From an uncultured Verrucomicrobiae bacterium (GTDB taxonomy: Bacteria; Verrucomicrobiota; Verrucomicrobiia; Limisphaerales; JAHDYP01): a stretch of 64,000 nucleotides of DNA. Location: positions 199,963 through 263,962 of the forward strand of contig CAVXWU010000014.1 in the NCBI GenBank assembly GCA_963765535.1, read 5' to 3'. The position numbers and the translations under genes were made by a program. Under the pieces are notes generated by a model that was not told the origin of the DNA, searched no databases, and was given only the letters and a program-made list of their open reading frames with translations. Shown here in pieces: positions 45,694 to 55,201 of this stretch. Positions within the stretch are counted from its first letter, which is position 1, and each line of letters opens with the position of its first letter.

Positions 45694-47316
45694 ATGAAAC
45701 AAGGGTTCTCCCAACTTCAACGCCAACTCCTCGCCACCTGGCAACAGCTCGGACTCAATCAGCGCGTCAGCATCGTCCTCACCGGCCTTGTCGTTCTCGC
45801 CGGACTCCTCGCCCTCGCCTTGTGGTCCAGCCGCGCCGACTATGCCCTGCTCTATGGACGGCTCGACGAATCCGAGGCCGGCAAGGTCGTCGCCGCCCTC
45901 GACGAAGCTCGAGTTCCCTATCGCGCCGGAACCGGCGGCTCCATATTCGTCCCTGCCGACAAGGTCCATTCCGTGCGCATGCAACTCGCCGGCAAAGGCA
46001 TTCCCCGCGGTGAAGGCGTCGGCTTTGAGATCTTCGACAAACCGAACTTCGGCGTCTCCGATTTCGTCCAACGCGCCAACTACAACCGCGCCATCCAGGG
46101 CGAACTCGCCCGCACCATCAGTCAACTGGACGCCGTCGATGCTGCCCGCGTCATGATTGTCCTGCCTGAGAATCGCCTCTTGATCGATAACCAACGCAAA
46201 CCCACGGCCTCCGTGTTCGTTCGGCTGCGGGGTGTCGGCGATCTCCCCTCTTCCACGGTCAATGCCATTCAACTCCTCGTCGCCAATGCCGTCGAAGGCC
46301 TCCAATTTAACCAGGTCTCCGTCGTCGATAATCAGGGTAATGTCCTTTCCCAAAACCAGGACGACGATTCTGTCGCTGGTCTCTCCGGACATCAACTCGT
46401 CGTCCGTCGCAACTTCGAACAATACCTCAGCCACAAGGCGGAAGGCATGCTCGAACACGTCCTCGGCCCCGGCCAGGCCGTCGTGCGTGTCTCGGCCGAT
46501 GTCAACTGGGACACCGTCACGCGCTACGAAGAACGGTTCGACCCCGACGGCCAGGTCGCCCGCACCACCACCGTGAACGACGAGAATGTCGAATCAGCCA
46601 ACGCCACCGGCGGCGGCGTCGCCGGCATCGGTGGCAATCTTCCCCCGGACACCAATACTTACGGTATCTACCCCACCCTCCCTTCCAACACCACCAAGAC
46701 CAAGAAGAAAGTCACCAACAGCGAGTACGAAATTAACCGATCGGTGAGCAGCCTCCTCCAAAGTCCCGGCAGCATCCAACGCCTCTCCGCCGCCGTCTTC
46801 ATCGCCCAACGATTCGATGACACCACCGCTGAACGCCAATACAAACCCCGGACCCCCGAAGAACTTGAGCGCCTCCGTCGCATCGTCCAAAGCGCCCTCG
46901 GCATCACGGAATCCACCGCCGGGCGCAACGACGAAATCACCCTCGAAGAAATGCCGTTCAACGACGCGCACAATCCCGACGCGGAGCCGGACATGATCCC
47001 CCAGGAACGCTGGCAGTTCTGGACCAGCCTCGCTTCCCGCCTCGGATACCCCGCCCTCGCCCTCGTCATCCTCGCGCTCCTTGCGCGGGCGATTCGCCGG
47101 GCCGGCACCTCCAACGCCTGGCCTGGAACCCCCGGCACGAATCTCCAGGGCAATGGCCACCTCGGAACCAAAGGCAATGGTCTCGTCAACACTCCCGGCG
47201 AACCCGTCCCCGGCCTCATCACCGTCGATGTCCTCAATCGGTTGATTCGTGAGAATCCCGCCAATATGACCCAGGCCGTTCGCACCTGGCTCAATCGCGG
47301 CACCCCCACCAAGTGA
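45694..47316 (+). CDS. fliF: Flagellar M-ring protein FliF
   Basis: 540 aa. An N-terminal TM segment, the YscJ/FliF domain (LYGRLDESEAGKVVAALDEARVPY), and a second TM segment near the C-terminus. Confidence 0.92.
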   Translation: MKQGFSQLQRQLLATWQQLGLNQRVSIVLTGLVVLAGLLALALWSSRADYALLYGRLDESEAGKVVAALDEARVPYRAGTGGSIFVPADKVHSVRMQLAGKGIPRGEGVGFEIFDKPNFGVSDFVQRANYNRAIQGELARTISQLDAVDAARVMIVLPENRLLIDNQRKPTASVFVRLRGVGDLPSSTVNAIQLLVANAVEGLQFNQVSVVDNQGNVLSQNQDDDSVAGLSGHQLVVRRNFEQYLSHKAEGMLEHVLGPGQAVVRVSADVNWDTVTRYEERFDPDGQVARTTTVNDENVESANATGGGVAGIGGNLPPDTNTYGIYPTLPSNTTKTKKKVTNSEYEINRSVSSLLQSPGSIQRLSAAVFIAQRFDDTTAERQYKPRTPEELERLRRIVQSALGITESTAGRNDEITLEEMPFNDAHNPDAEPDMIPQERWQFWTSLASRLGYPALALVILALLARAIRRAGTSNAWPGTPGTNLQGNGHLGTKGNGLVNTPGEPVPGLITVDVLNRLIRENPANMTQAVRTWLNRGTPTK

Positions 47317-47319
47317 TTT

Positions 47320-48372
47320 ATGCCCGCACCCACCGAGGCCGACAACAGCGCCCCCGACTACGCGCGGCTCACCAAAATTCAGAAACTCGCCGCGCTCCTC
47401 GTCCTCTTGGGCGCCGAAAGCGCCGCTCAGATTCTGAAGCATTTTGACGATCAGGAACTCGAAGGCGTTATCGCCGAAATGGCCAAGACCTCATTCGTCA
47501 CCCAGGACCTCCAACAGGAACTCCTCCGCGAGTTCACCTCCGTCGCCGTTCAGGCCGGCTCGTCCATCCTCGGGGGGATTGAAATCACCCGCACCGCCCT
47601 CGAAAAATCAGTCGGCCCCTTCCGCGCCTCGAATATCATCGGCCGCGTCGCCCCGTCTCGGCCCACCGTCGCCTCCATCCAGCAAATCGCGGAAATGGAT
47701 CCCCGCCAAATCCAGAATCTCATCAAATTGGAACAACCCCAGACGATCGCGCTCCTCCTGACGTATCTCTCCCCCGACAAGAGTTCCCGCGTGCTCCTGC
47801 TGTTGAGCGAGGAGGTCCGCGACCAGGTGGTCGAACGAATCGCCACCATGTCCCCCGCACCCATCGAAACCGTCGAACGCCTCGTCGACATGATCAACCG
47901 CAAGGTCGGCACGAAATCGACCCGCCCCCTCAGCCGCACCGGCGGTGTCAAAACGGCCGCCGATCTCCTCAATTCACTCGACAAAAATGTCGGTAAATCG
48001 CTCCTCGTCGCCCTCGAAGAACGCAACCCCGAACTCGGCGCCGCCATCCGCCATAAGATGTTCACCTTCGAAGACCTCGTCCGGCTCGACTCCACCTCCC
48101 TGCAGAAGATCCTCCGCGAAATCGACCTGCGCGACCTGGCCATTGCCCTAAAAACCGCCACCGACCAACTCAAAGCAACGCTCCTCGCTTGCATCTCCCG
48201 GCGGGCCGCCGAATCCATCAACGAAGAAATCAGTTTCATGGGCCCGCTCAAACTACGCGAAATCGAAGCCGCCCAAACCCGTATCATCGATGTCGTTCGC
48301 CGTCTCGAAGCCGATGGTGAGATCGAACTCAACGACGTTAACCCCCAGGCCGCGTATGCAACCTTGGCATAA
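47320..48372 (+). CDS. fliG: Flagellar motor switch protein FliG
   Basis: 350 aa, with ...KMFTFEDLVRLD..SLQKILREIDLRDLAIALK...ISRRAAE.I.EE. Confidence 0.93.
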   Translation: MPAPTEADNSAPDYARLTKIQKLAALLVLLGAESAAQILKHFDDQELEGVIAEMAKTSFVTQDLQQELLREFTSVAVQAGSSILGGIEITRTALEKSVGPFRASNIIGRVAPSRPTVASIQQIAEMDPRQIQNLIKLEQPQTIALLLTYLSPDKSSRVLLLLSEEVRDQVVERIATMSPAPIETVERLVDMINRKVGTKSTRPLSRTGGVKTAADLLNSLDKNVGKSLLVALEERNPELGAAIRHKMFTFEDLVRLDSTSLQKILREIDLRDLAIALKTATDQLKATLLACISRRAAESINEEISFMGPLKLREIEAAQTRIIDVVRRLEADGEIELNDVNPQAAYATLA

Positions 48373-48946
48373 TTCCCTGAAACTCCCCGCCCCACTCCGC
48401 AACGCCCGACTCGCCCGTTCACAGTCGCCCGCGGAAGCTCGCGCCGCCGCCCATGAGGAACTCCTCAACGCCCAATTCGAGCGCGGCCGAATTGAAGGCC
48501 ATCGCGCCCTGACCGAACAACTCCTCCGCCAACGCTCCGAAATCCACGAGTTTCTAAACGGCATCTGTCGCTCCCTCCAGGCCGCCCTCCCCCAGGTCAT
48601 CCGCGATTCGGAACAGGCCCTCATTGCGCTCTCCCTCGATATCGCCCGAAAACTCCTCGCCGATCACCCCATCTCTACCGAACTCGTGGAATCTATCGTC
48701 CGTGAATCGCTCGCCTCTGTTCAGAGCTCAGCCGAACTCCACGTCGACCTCCACCCTGCGGACCTCGAACTCCTCCAACAGGCCAATTCCCCCATGCTCC
48801 TTAACCACGATCACCCCGGAGCCATTCAGTTTCGACCCTCGCCGGAAGTCACTCGCGGAGGCTGCCTCGTGCGCTCCACCTTCGGCGTCATCGACGCACG
48901 ACGCGAAACCAAACTCGCCCTGCTCGAACAGGAACTCGCCTCATGA
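48356..48946 (+). CDS. fliH: Flagellar assembly protein FliH
   Basis: Located between fliG and fliI. The FliH/NtpE-like C-terminal region is present (ALSLDIARKLL..., GGCLVRSTFGVIDARRETKL). The start is uncertain: ATG 48356 overlaps the end of fliG. Confidence 0.75.
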   Translation: MQPWHNSLKLPAPLRNARLARSQSPAEARAAAHEELLNAQFERGRIEGHRALTEQLLRQRSEIHEFLNGICRSLQAALPQVIRDSEQALIALSLDIARKLLADHPISTELVESIVRESLASVQSSAELHVDLHPADLELLQQANSPMLLNHDHPGAIQFRPSPEVTRGGCLVRSTFGVIDARRETKLALLEQELAS

Positions 48947-50322
48947 TCGATTGCCACCCCATCGCGCATGCCGTCCCCAGGCGACTCGAGACCGCCCTCC
49001 GCCGCGTCCGTACCGCTTCCATTACCCGGCATCACGGCCGCATCGTTCAACTCATCGGCCTCGTCGCCGAATCCGAAGGCCCGCTCGCTGCCGTCGGCGA
49101 TGTCTGCCGCATCGAATCCGATACCCCGGGCAATGGGACCCTCGCCGAGGTCGTTGGCTTCCGAAACCATCACGTCCTCCTCATGCCGCTCGGCGCCCTC
49201 CATGGAATCCGACCGGGCAGCGAAGTCGTCGCCCTCGGCAGTCCCCTTCAGGTCCCCGTCGGCCCTTCCCTCCGCGGTCGCGTTATCGACGCCCTCGGAG
49301 CTCCCCTCGATGATCTCGGTCCAATCGAAACCGCCCAATCCGTCCCGCTCACCCGGTTCCCTCCCCACCCTCTCAAGCGTCAACGCATTCAGCGCGTCCT
49401 CCGGACAGGCATCAAAGCTATCGATACGTTCACTCCGTGCGGACACGGCCAACGACTCGGCATCTTCGCCGGAAGCGGCGTCGGCAAATCCACCCTCCTC
49501 GGTATGATGGCCAGCCAGGCCGAGGCCGACGTAAACGTCATCGCCCTCATCGGCGAGCGCGGACGCGAAGTCCGCGAGTTCCTCGAAAAGGACCTTACCC
49601 ACGACGGCCGTCAAAAATCCGTCGTCGTCGTCGCCACGTCCAACCAACCCGCCATCGCCCGCGTCAAAGGCGCCTTTCTGGCCATGGCCGTCGCCGAGCA
49701 CTTCCGCGACGCCGGCCAAAGCGTGCTCTTGATGATGGATTCTGTGACCCGATTCGCCATGGCCCAGCGCGAAATCGGGCTCGCCGTGGGTGAACCCCCC
49801 GCCACTCGCGGATATACCCCTTCGGTCTTTTCCCTCCTCCCCCAACTGCTCGAGCGCGCCGGCACCGGCGAACAGGGAGAAATCACCGGGCTCTTCACCG
49901 TCCTGGTCGAGGCCGACGATATGAACGACCCCATCGCGGATTCCGTTCGTTCGATCCTGGACGGCCATATCGTCCTGACGCGAGAACTCGCCGGCCTCAA
50001 TCATTATCCGGCAATCGATATCCTTGAAAGCGTGAGCCGCCTCGTCCGCGACCTTTCCTCCCCCACCCAGTTGGAACTGCTCGCACAGGCGCGCGAATCC
50101 CTCGCCATCTACCGCAAACACCAGGATCTCATTCACCTCGGCGCCTACCCCGCCGGCACCAATACCGCCATCGATCTGGCCATCCAGTTGCATGATCCCC
50201 TCAACCAGTTCCTTCGCCAACCCGTCGACCGTGGTTATTCGCTCGAGGAAAGCTGGGAACTGCTCGGCCAGGCCCTCGCGTCCCGTGCCAAATCCCCGCC
50301 CGCTACCGGACAGAAAACATGA
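48943..50322 (+). CDS. fliI: Flagellum-specific ATPase FliI
   Basis: Walker A GSGVGKSTLLGMM, Walker B LLMMDSVTRFA. F1-type ATPase layout. Confidence 0.95.
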   Translation: MIDCHPIAHAVPRRLETALRRVRTASITRHHGRIVQLIGLVAESEGPLAAVGDVCRIESDTPGNGTLAEVVGFRNHHVLLMPLGALHGIRPGSEVVALGSPLQVPVGPSLRGRVIDALGAPLDDLGPIETAQSVPLTRFPPHPLKRQRIQRVLRTGIKAIDTFTPCGHGQRLGIFAGSGVGKSTLLGMMASQAEADVNVIALIGERGREVREFLEKDLTHDGRQKSVVVVATSNQPAIARVKGAFLAMAVAEHFRDAGQSVLLMMDSVTRFAMAQREIGLAVGEPPATRGYTPSVFSLLPQLLERAGTGEQGEITGLFTVLVEADDMNDPIADSVRSILDGHIVLTRELAGLNHYPAIDILESVSRLVRDLSSPTQLELLAQARESLAIYRKHQDLIHLGAYPAGTNTAIDLAIQLHDPLNQFLRQPVDRGYSLEESWELLGQALASRAKSPPATGQKT

Positions 50323-50789
50323 AACCCTTCCAATTCAGCCTCGAGGCCGTGCTCACCCTTCGGCAAAACCAGGAGCAACGTACGCTGGAACTCTACGCTG
50401 CCGCACTCTCCGCACGCCGGCAGGCTTCCATTGAACGCGACATTGCCCGCCACCAGCTCGAGCGAGTCCGGGAGGACTTGCGCCAACAACTCCTCGACGG
50501 CAACGCCATTCAAATTACCCAGGCCCACGATTATTCGAGATTGCTCGAAGTCCGCCTGCACCTGGCTGATCAACAACTCGCGGCCGCGGAACAATCCGTC
50601 GCCCATCGCCTCCAATCCATGATCGTCGCCCGCCAGGAACGTGAAATGATCGAAACTCTTCGCGACCGCCAACTCCTCGTCCACTCCGCCAAGGCCCGCC
50701 GCCTGGAAGAAAGGCTCCAGGACGAACTCTCTTGCCGGCTCACGCCGGTCGCCCTGACCCATGGCCAGCGCTGCCAATCCTTTGTATGA
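50319..50789 (+). CDS. fliJ: Flagellar export protein FliJ
   Basis: 156-aa coiled coil (FQFSLEAVLTLRQNQE...), immediately after fliI with a 4-nt overlap. Confidence 0.8.
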   Translation: MKPFQFSLEAVLTLRQNQEQRTLELYAAALSARRQASIERDIARHQLERVREDLRQQLLDGNAIQITQAHDYSRLLEVRLHLADQQLAAAEQSVAHRLQSMIVARQEREMIETLRDRQLLVHSAKARRLEERLQDELSCRLTPVALTHGQRCQSFV

Positions 50790-51385
50790 TCCGCTACCTC
50801 CAATCCCATTGGATGGTTGCCCTGTTGGGCACCTTTCTTTACCTCGGTACCAGCTTCTTTTGCTGGCGCCTCCCCAGCGGTCTCACCCGTCCCCACGCCT
50901 CTAGCCCTATGGGTCATCACGACGTCCCTTCCTGGGAATTCTCCAACCCCGAACTCGACCAACTCATCCTCGAGCTCCGCGAGGAAAAAGACGCCTTCGC
51001 CAATCGCAGACGCGCCCTCGATGAACTCGCGGTACGCCTCGACCTCGAACGGGCCGAGCTCACGAATGTCATCCACTCTGTGGAACAACTCCAAAAGGAA
51101 TTCGACCTCAGAGTCATCCGCATCCAAACCGAGGAGACTGCCAATCTTAAAAAACTCGCCAAACTCTACTCTTCCATGGAACCCGTCGATGCCGCCCTCG
51201 TCCTCCAAGAGCTCGATGATCCCAGCGTCGTCAAAATTCTCTCCTTCATGAAAGAAGACCAGGCAGCCCCCATCCTCGAAACGTTGGCCAGAAAAGGCGA
51301 CGCCGAAGTCCACCGCGTGGCTGACCTCTCCGAACGCCTTCGCCTTGTCCTCTCCCCCGAGTCTGCTGCCAAATCCGGCCTATGA
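50786..51385 (+). CDS. MgtE-N-terminal-like flagellar accessory protein (YlxF-position)
   Basis: ATGA overlap with fliJ. An N-terminal TM segment and a coiled coil, then ...MEPVDAALVLQELDDPSVVKILSFMKEDQAAPILETL (MgtE_N-like). It occupies the same slot as ylxF in fla/che-type operons. Confidence 0.6.
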   Translation: MIRYLQSHWMVALLGTFLYLGTSFFCWRLPSGLTRPHASSPMGHHDVPSWEFSNPELDQLILELREEKDAFANRRRALDELAVRLDLERAELTNVIHSVEQLQKEFDLRVIRIQTEETANLKKLAKLYSSMEPVDAALVLQELDDPSVVKILSFMKEDQAAPILETLARKGDAEVHRVADLSERLRLVLSPESAAKSGL

Positions 51386-52632
51386 ACCTCGCCGACCTCC
51401 TCCCCGCTCAGGTCGCCCCTTCGCCGGCCCGCTCCAATTCCCCTCCCCGCGACGAGTCTGACCCCGGTTCCAGCCCCGGCCTGGAAGATCCCACTCGCTC
51501 TTTCGCCAATTGGGTCGAACTCGCCTCTCGCTACCCGCTCAACACGATCCTCCCCCACGCCAATCCGGCCCTGGCCCCGTTATCCCATTCCCCCGCACAG
51601 CTTCTCCTGGGCAGACCCCTTTCACCGCTCAATCCACTGCCCGTCAAACTCAACTCCGTTCCCCCGCCACTGGCCAATCTGTCCGCTCTCTCATGCGTTT
51701 CGCTTGCCCCGAGCTCAAACACCAGCGATGCGCCATCGCCTCCAACGGACACGGCGGCTGACCCCATCAATCCCGACCCGGCCAACAACCGCGCGACGCA
51801 CGAAGTTGCTTCACCCTCAGTCCCTTTCGTGCAACCCGCCGGCCTTGGCATTGTCGGTCTTGCGCCAGTACCCCAAATATGGTTACCCCTTTCTCCGACC
51901 GCGTCTCCCACTCCAACTTTGTCGCGCGTACCTTCTTCAAACGCGCATTCCCTCGCCACATCACTCTCCTCGACAACATCCTTGGCTAAAGCACCCCCCA
52001 TCACGCAACCCTGCCCCAGGACATCCCCACTCGCACCCTCACCCACCGCGCCACTCTCTTCCACGGAATCCCTTCCTGCACTCTCCGACACGCAATCCCG
52101 GGCCACAACACCGTCATCCCCTCCCCCATCCGCGCCCTCACCAGAAGCAGCTCTTTCACCCGCACCACCCCCAACAGAACTAATCCCCGCTGGATCTATC
52201 TCGGATGCGCCCCTTGCAGATGCGGCACTCCCGTCCGTACGTGCGCCGGAAGCGCCTTTCTCACCCACATCAATACCGTCCGCACACCTCGCCAACTCGC
52301 ACGCTTCGGTCATTACACCATCGGACGCGGCACTTGCCGACGCTCCCGTCCCGGCCAGACCACTCTCTACAGCACTACCCCCGACGACTCCATTTCGCGC
52401 AACTCCAATTTCGGCTGCACCCATCCCGGCTCCAGTCCTTCCCGCAATACGCTCTCCCATCATTCCGTTCCCGACCGTACTACACCCGGGCGCGCCCTCA
52501 GCAGTACCGGCTCGTTCCAAGTGCGGAACTCCATCTCAGCACCCAACCCTCCCCTGCCCCGTTGCCAGTAATCGCCGGCGCCTTGGCATCGCCACCCATG
52601 CATGGCACAAGCGGTGCTCCCATGCCGGATAG
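51382..52632 (+). CDS. Pro/Ser/Ala-rich protein; probably the N-terminal ruler region of FliK
   Basis: 416-aa low-complexity ORF in the fliK slot. The last ~35 codons (KCGTPSQHPTLPCPVASNRRRLGIATHAWHKRCSHAG) look non-coding. See the finding on a frame switch at about 52510-52530. Confidence 0.55.
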   Translation: MNLADLLPAQVAPSPARSNSPPRDESDPGSSPGLEDPTRSFANWVELASRYPLNTILPHANPALAPLSHSPAQLLLGRPLSPLNPLPVKLNSVPPPLANLSALSCVSLAPSSNTSDAPSPPTDTAADPINPDPANNRATHEVASPSVPFVQPAGLGIVGLAPVPQIWLPLSPTASPTPTLSRVPSSNAHSLATSLSSTTSLAKAPPITQPCPRTSPLAPSPTAPLSSTESLPALSDTQSRATTPSSPPPSAPSPEAALSPAPPPTELIPAGSISDAPLADAALPSVRAPEAPFSPTSIPSAHLANSHASVITPSDAALADAPVPARPLSTALPPTTPFRATPISAAPIPAPVLPAIRSPIIPFPTVLHPGAPSAVPARSKCGTPSQHPTLPCPVASNRRRLGIATHAWHKRCSHAG

Positions 52633-53332
52633 CTTGAAACACGAGTCTGCATTGAAACATTTTGCCTACACCTCCGCGTATTTCTTGCCCGAGGCGGAAA
52701 CCGCAGACTTGGATCCACTGCAGGCGGGTGTCCCTCCCATCAAATCCATCGTCGATCGTTCGCTCTCGCGCTCACTCGGCGCCTCAAGCTGGACAACAAA
52801 CGATCCTTCGATCGGCACGCTTCCCCAGTTAACCACAAACGCCGATCCCACAAGTGAACTGCGATCCGATGCGCTGCCCAACCGGGTCGTCGAACTGGCG
52901 CGAATATTGGATCGGCAACTCCTTCTTATCCACAAACCCGATCTCACGACGGTTTCGGTGGTCATTCGCCCGGATCCCAAGACCGAACTCAATGTCCAAT
53001 TCCGTCGTCAGGACGGCGAAATCGAAGCGCTGATCCGCTGCGATCGCGGCAGTTCGGAGCTCTGGCAGCAGCACTGGCCCGAACTTCAATCGATGCTCGC
53101 TGAAAAATCGGTTCGCCTTTTGCCCATTGAAGAACAACATTCCACCCCGCTCCATCACCCCCTCGACAACAACTTTAATCCGTCCGCAAATAGCGGCCGA
53201 CAACCTCCTTCAGATTCCCACGAATTCCACCATGCCCCCGCGAGGACCGTACGTCCCCGAACCCTCGCAGTTCGGGAGTCGACGGTAAGTCCCGCGCCGA
53301 TGCGGCGCAACGGCTGGGAAACCTGGGCCTGA
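52598..53332 (+). CDS. fliK: Flagellar hook-length control protein FliK, C-terminal (Flg_hook) domain
   Basis: VVELARILDRQLLLIHKPDLTTVSVVIRPDPKTELNVQFRRQDGEIEALIRCDRGSSELWQQHWPELQSML matches the FliK C-terminal domain pattern. The frame is open from 52205. ATG 52598 is the first ATG past the low-complexity overlap. Confidence 0.7.
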   Translation: MHGTSGAPMPDSLKHESALKHFAYTSAYFLPEAETADLDPLQAGVPPIKSIVDRSLSRSLGASSWTTNDPSIGTLPQLTTNADPTSELRSDALPNRVVELARILDRQLLLIHKPDLTTVSVVIRPDPKTELNVQFRRQDGEIEALIRCDRGSSELWQQHWPELQSMLAEKSVRLLPIEEQHSTPLHHPLDNNFNPSANSGRQPPSDSHEFHHAPARTVRPRTLAVRESTVSPAPMRRNGWETWA

Positions 53333-53342
53333 ACCTCTCCAT

Positions 53343-53771
53343 ATGTCCGTCATCTCCCTAAGCTCCATCACGCAAACACCGCCCGACTCGGACACAGCTT
53401 CTCGTATTCCAGTGAAGAGTCTCGGTCAGGACGATTTCCTGAAACTGCTCGTCGCCCAATTGACTACCCAGGACCCGATGGCGCCAAAAACGGATGGCGA
53501 CTTCATCGCCCAAATGGCCACGTTCAGTTCGCTCGAACAAGCGAAAGCCACCCAAACCGAAATTTCGCAACTCCGCGCCGATCAACAGATCGTCCAGGCG
53601 CAATCACTCCTAGGACGCACGGTGACCCTCCAAGCAGACGAAGACTCCTCCATAACGGGTCTCGTCAGCGCCGTGCAAATCGAGGCAGGGACGCCCAAAC
53701 TCGTGGTCAATGGCCAGGCCTACCCGTTGGATCTTGTCCAAACAGTAACGCCCGGCGCCGGCCTGAACTAA
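53343..53771 (+). CDS. flgD: Flagellar hook assembly/capping protein FlgD
   Basis: LGQDDFLKLLVAQLTTQDPMAPKTDGDFIAQMATFSSLEQ. Confidence 0.9.
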   Translation: MSVISLSSITQTPPDSDTASRIPVKSLGQDDFLKLLVAQLTTQDPMAPKTDGDFIAQMATFSSLEQAKATQTEISQLRADQQIVQAQSLLGRTVTLQADEDSSITGLVSAVQIEAGTPKLVVNGQAYPLDLVQTVTPGAGLN

Positions 53772-53784
53772 CCCCACATCTATT

Positions 53785-54636
53785 ATGCTCCGATCCCTCA
53801 TCTCTGCCATCAGCGGGCTCCAAAACTTCCAGGAACGAATGGACGTCATCGGCAATAATATTGCCAATGTCAATACCACCGGCTTTAAAGCCGGCCGCGC
53901 CGATTTCGCGGATTCCTTTAGCCAGACCCTCCGGTCCTCCAGCCCGGGCTCTGGCAGCAACAGCGGCACCTCGGCTATGCAGGTCGGTTCCGGTGTAACC
54001 TCCAGCGCCATCCGCAACCTTTATACTCAGGGCGCCATCGCCCGGACCGGAGTCAAAACGGATATCGCCGTTGCTGGCGAAGGCTATTTCCTCGTTCGCG
54101 ATACGATCGGCAATCAACAGTTCGCCACCCGCGCCGGAGACTTCCGGGTCGACGAAAACGGATACCTCATCACCAACAACGGACAACGCGTTCAAGGTTA
54201 CAGCGACAGCCTGCTCGCCACGATGGGCGATATTCAAATCGATACTACCGGCATGCCCGCCACGTCCGATCCCACTGCTTCCCTCGTCAATTACTCCATC
54301 GATAGCGAAGGCAAAATCAATGTCACGCTCTCCGATAATACCCAGTTCGTTCGCGGCCAAATCCTGCTCCAGCAGTTCCAAGACCCTCAGGGCCTGGTCA
54401 AGGAAGGCAACAACCTCTATTCAGGCCTCGCCGCCGCCGGCGCCCTCCCCACCCCGGGCGCACCGGGAGTCGCCGGCCTGGGCAAACTCGAAGTGGCCGC
54501 TCTGGAACTCTCCAATGTCGATCTCGCCGGCGAATTCGCCAATCTCATCACCGCCCAACGGGCCTTCCAGGCCAACGCGCGCATCGTCACCACCAGTGAT
54601 GAGATGCTCCAGGAACTCGTGAACCTGAAACGATAA
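53785..54636 (+). CDS. flgE: Flagellar hook protein FlgE (compact, 283 aa)
   Basis: N-terminal SAISGLQNFQERMDVIGNNIANVNTTGFK and C-terminal LELSNVDLAGEFANLITAQRAFQANARI. It lies directly after flgD. Confidence 0.8.
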   Translation: MLRSLISAISGLQNFQERMDVIGNNIANVNTTGFKAGRADFADSFSQTLRSSSPGSGSNSGTSAMQVGSGVTSSAIRNLYTQGAIARTGVKTDIAVAGEGYFLVRDTIGNQQFATRAGDFRVDENGYLITNNGQRVQGYSDSLLATMGDIQIDTTGMPATSDPTASLVNYSIDSEGKINVTLSDNTQFVRGQILLQQFQDPQGLVKEGNNLYSGLAAAGALPTPGAPGVAGLGKLEVAALELSNVDLAGEFANLITAQRAFQANARIVTTSDEMLQELVNLKR

Positions 54637-54643
54637 CCCTCCC

Positions 54644-55186
54644 ATGCCCGGACCCAATCCCGATCCCAAAACCCCCGCCGACGCCGCGGCCAATGGCCAA
54701 AGCAAAGCCACTCCGTCCCGCGGGCTTCATGCCTGGCTCCCGCTGATCGTCACGGCCCTCGCCATGCCAATCCTTGCCTACGCCACGACTACCTTCCTCC
54801 TCGTGCCCAAAGTCGTCAGCGCCGTTTCAACCGCCGCCCCTGCCGATCCCGATGCGACCACCTCTCCGGAGGGTCACGAGAAGGAACGGCAAACTGCCGC
54901 GCTGAATAAAATGATCGTCAACGTCGCCGGCACCATGGGCACCCGTTACCTCCTCGGCAGCATCACCCTGGTCGGGACCACTCCCGATTTCAAATCGCTC
55001 GTCGATGAGCACCGTGATCAACTGCTGGACCTTGCCACCACCACCCTCGGCAACAAAACCATCGCCGACCTCGAAAAACCCGGCGCGCGCGTGCAGCTCC
55101 GCACCGAGCTCCTTTCGATCTTTAACAATGCCTTCGGCGGCAATTTCGTCGACGAGATCTATATCACTGAGCTCGCCATCCAATAA
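54644..55186 (+). CDS. fliL: Flagellar basal body-associated protein FliL
   Basis: A single TM segment, then ...MIVNVAGTMGTRYLLGSITLVG...LRTELLSIFNNAF..NFVDEIYITELAIQ. Confidence 0.85.
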   Translation: MPGPNPDPKTPADAAANGQSKATPSRGLHAWLPLIVTALAMPILAYATTTFLLVPKVVSAVSTAAPADPDATTSPEGHEKERQTAALNKMIVNVAGTMGTRYLLGSITLVGTTPDFKSLVDEHRDQLLDLATTTLGNKTIADLEKPGARVQLRTELLSIFNNAFGGNFVDEIYITELAIQ

Positions 55187-55201
55187 CTCCGCATCGCATC
55201 C

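Noticed and set aside
48826-50220. A 464-aa minus-strand ORF. Similar long antisense ORFs occur at 42696-44177, 45679-46458, 46594-47442, 47550-48422 and 51531-52520.
   Set aside because: All are antisense to unambiguous flagellar or regulator genes. They have Gly/Asp/Glu/Ala-rich low-information composition and no recognisable domains.
51382-52500. The Pro/Ser/Ala-rich stretch, considered as a tandem DNA repeat or a CRISPR-like array.
   Set aside because: No exact or near-exact periodic nucleotide repeats were found by eye. It is compositional low complexity, consistent with a FliK ruler region.
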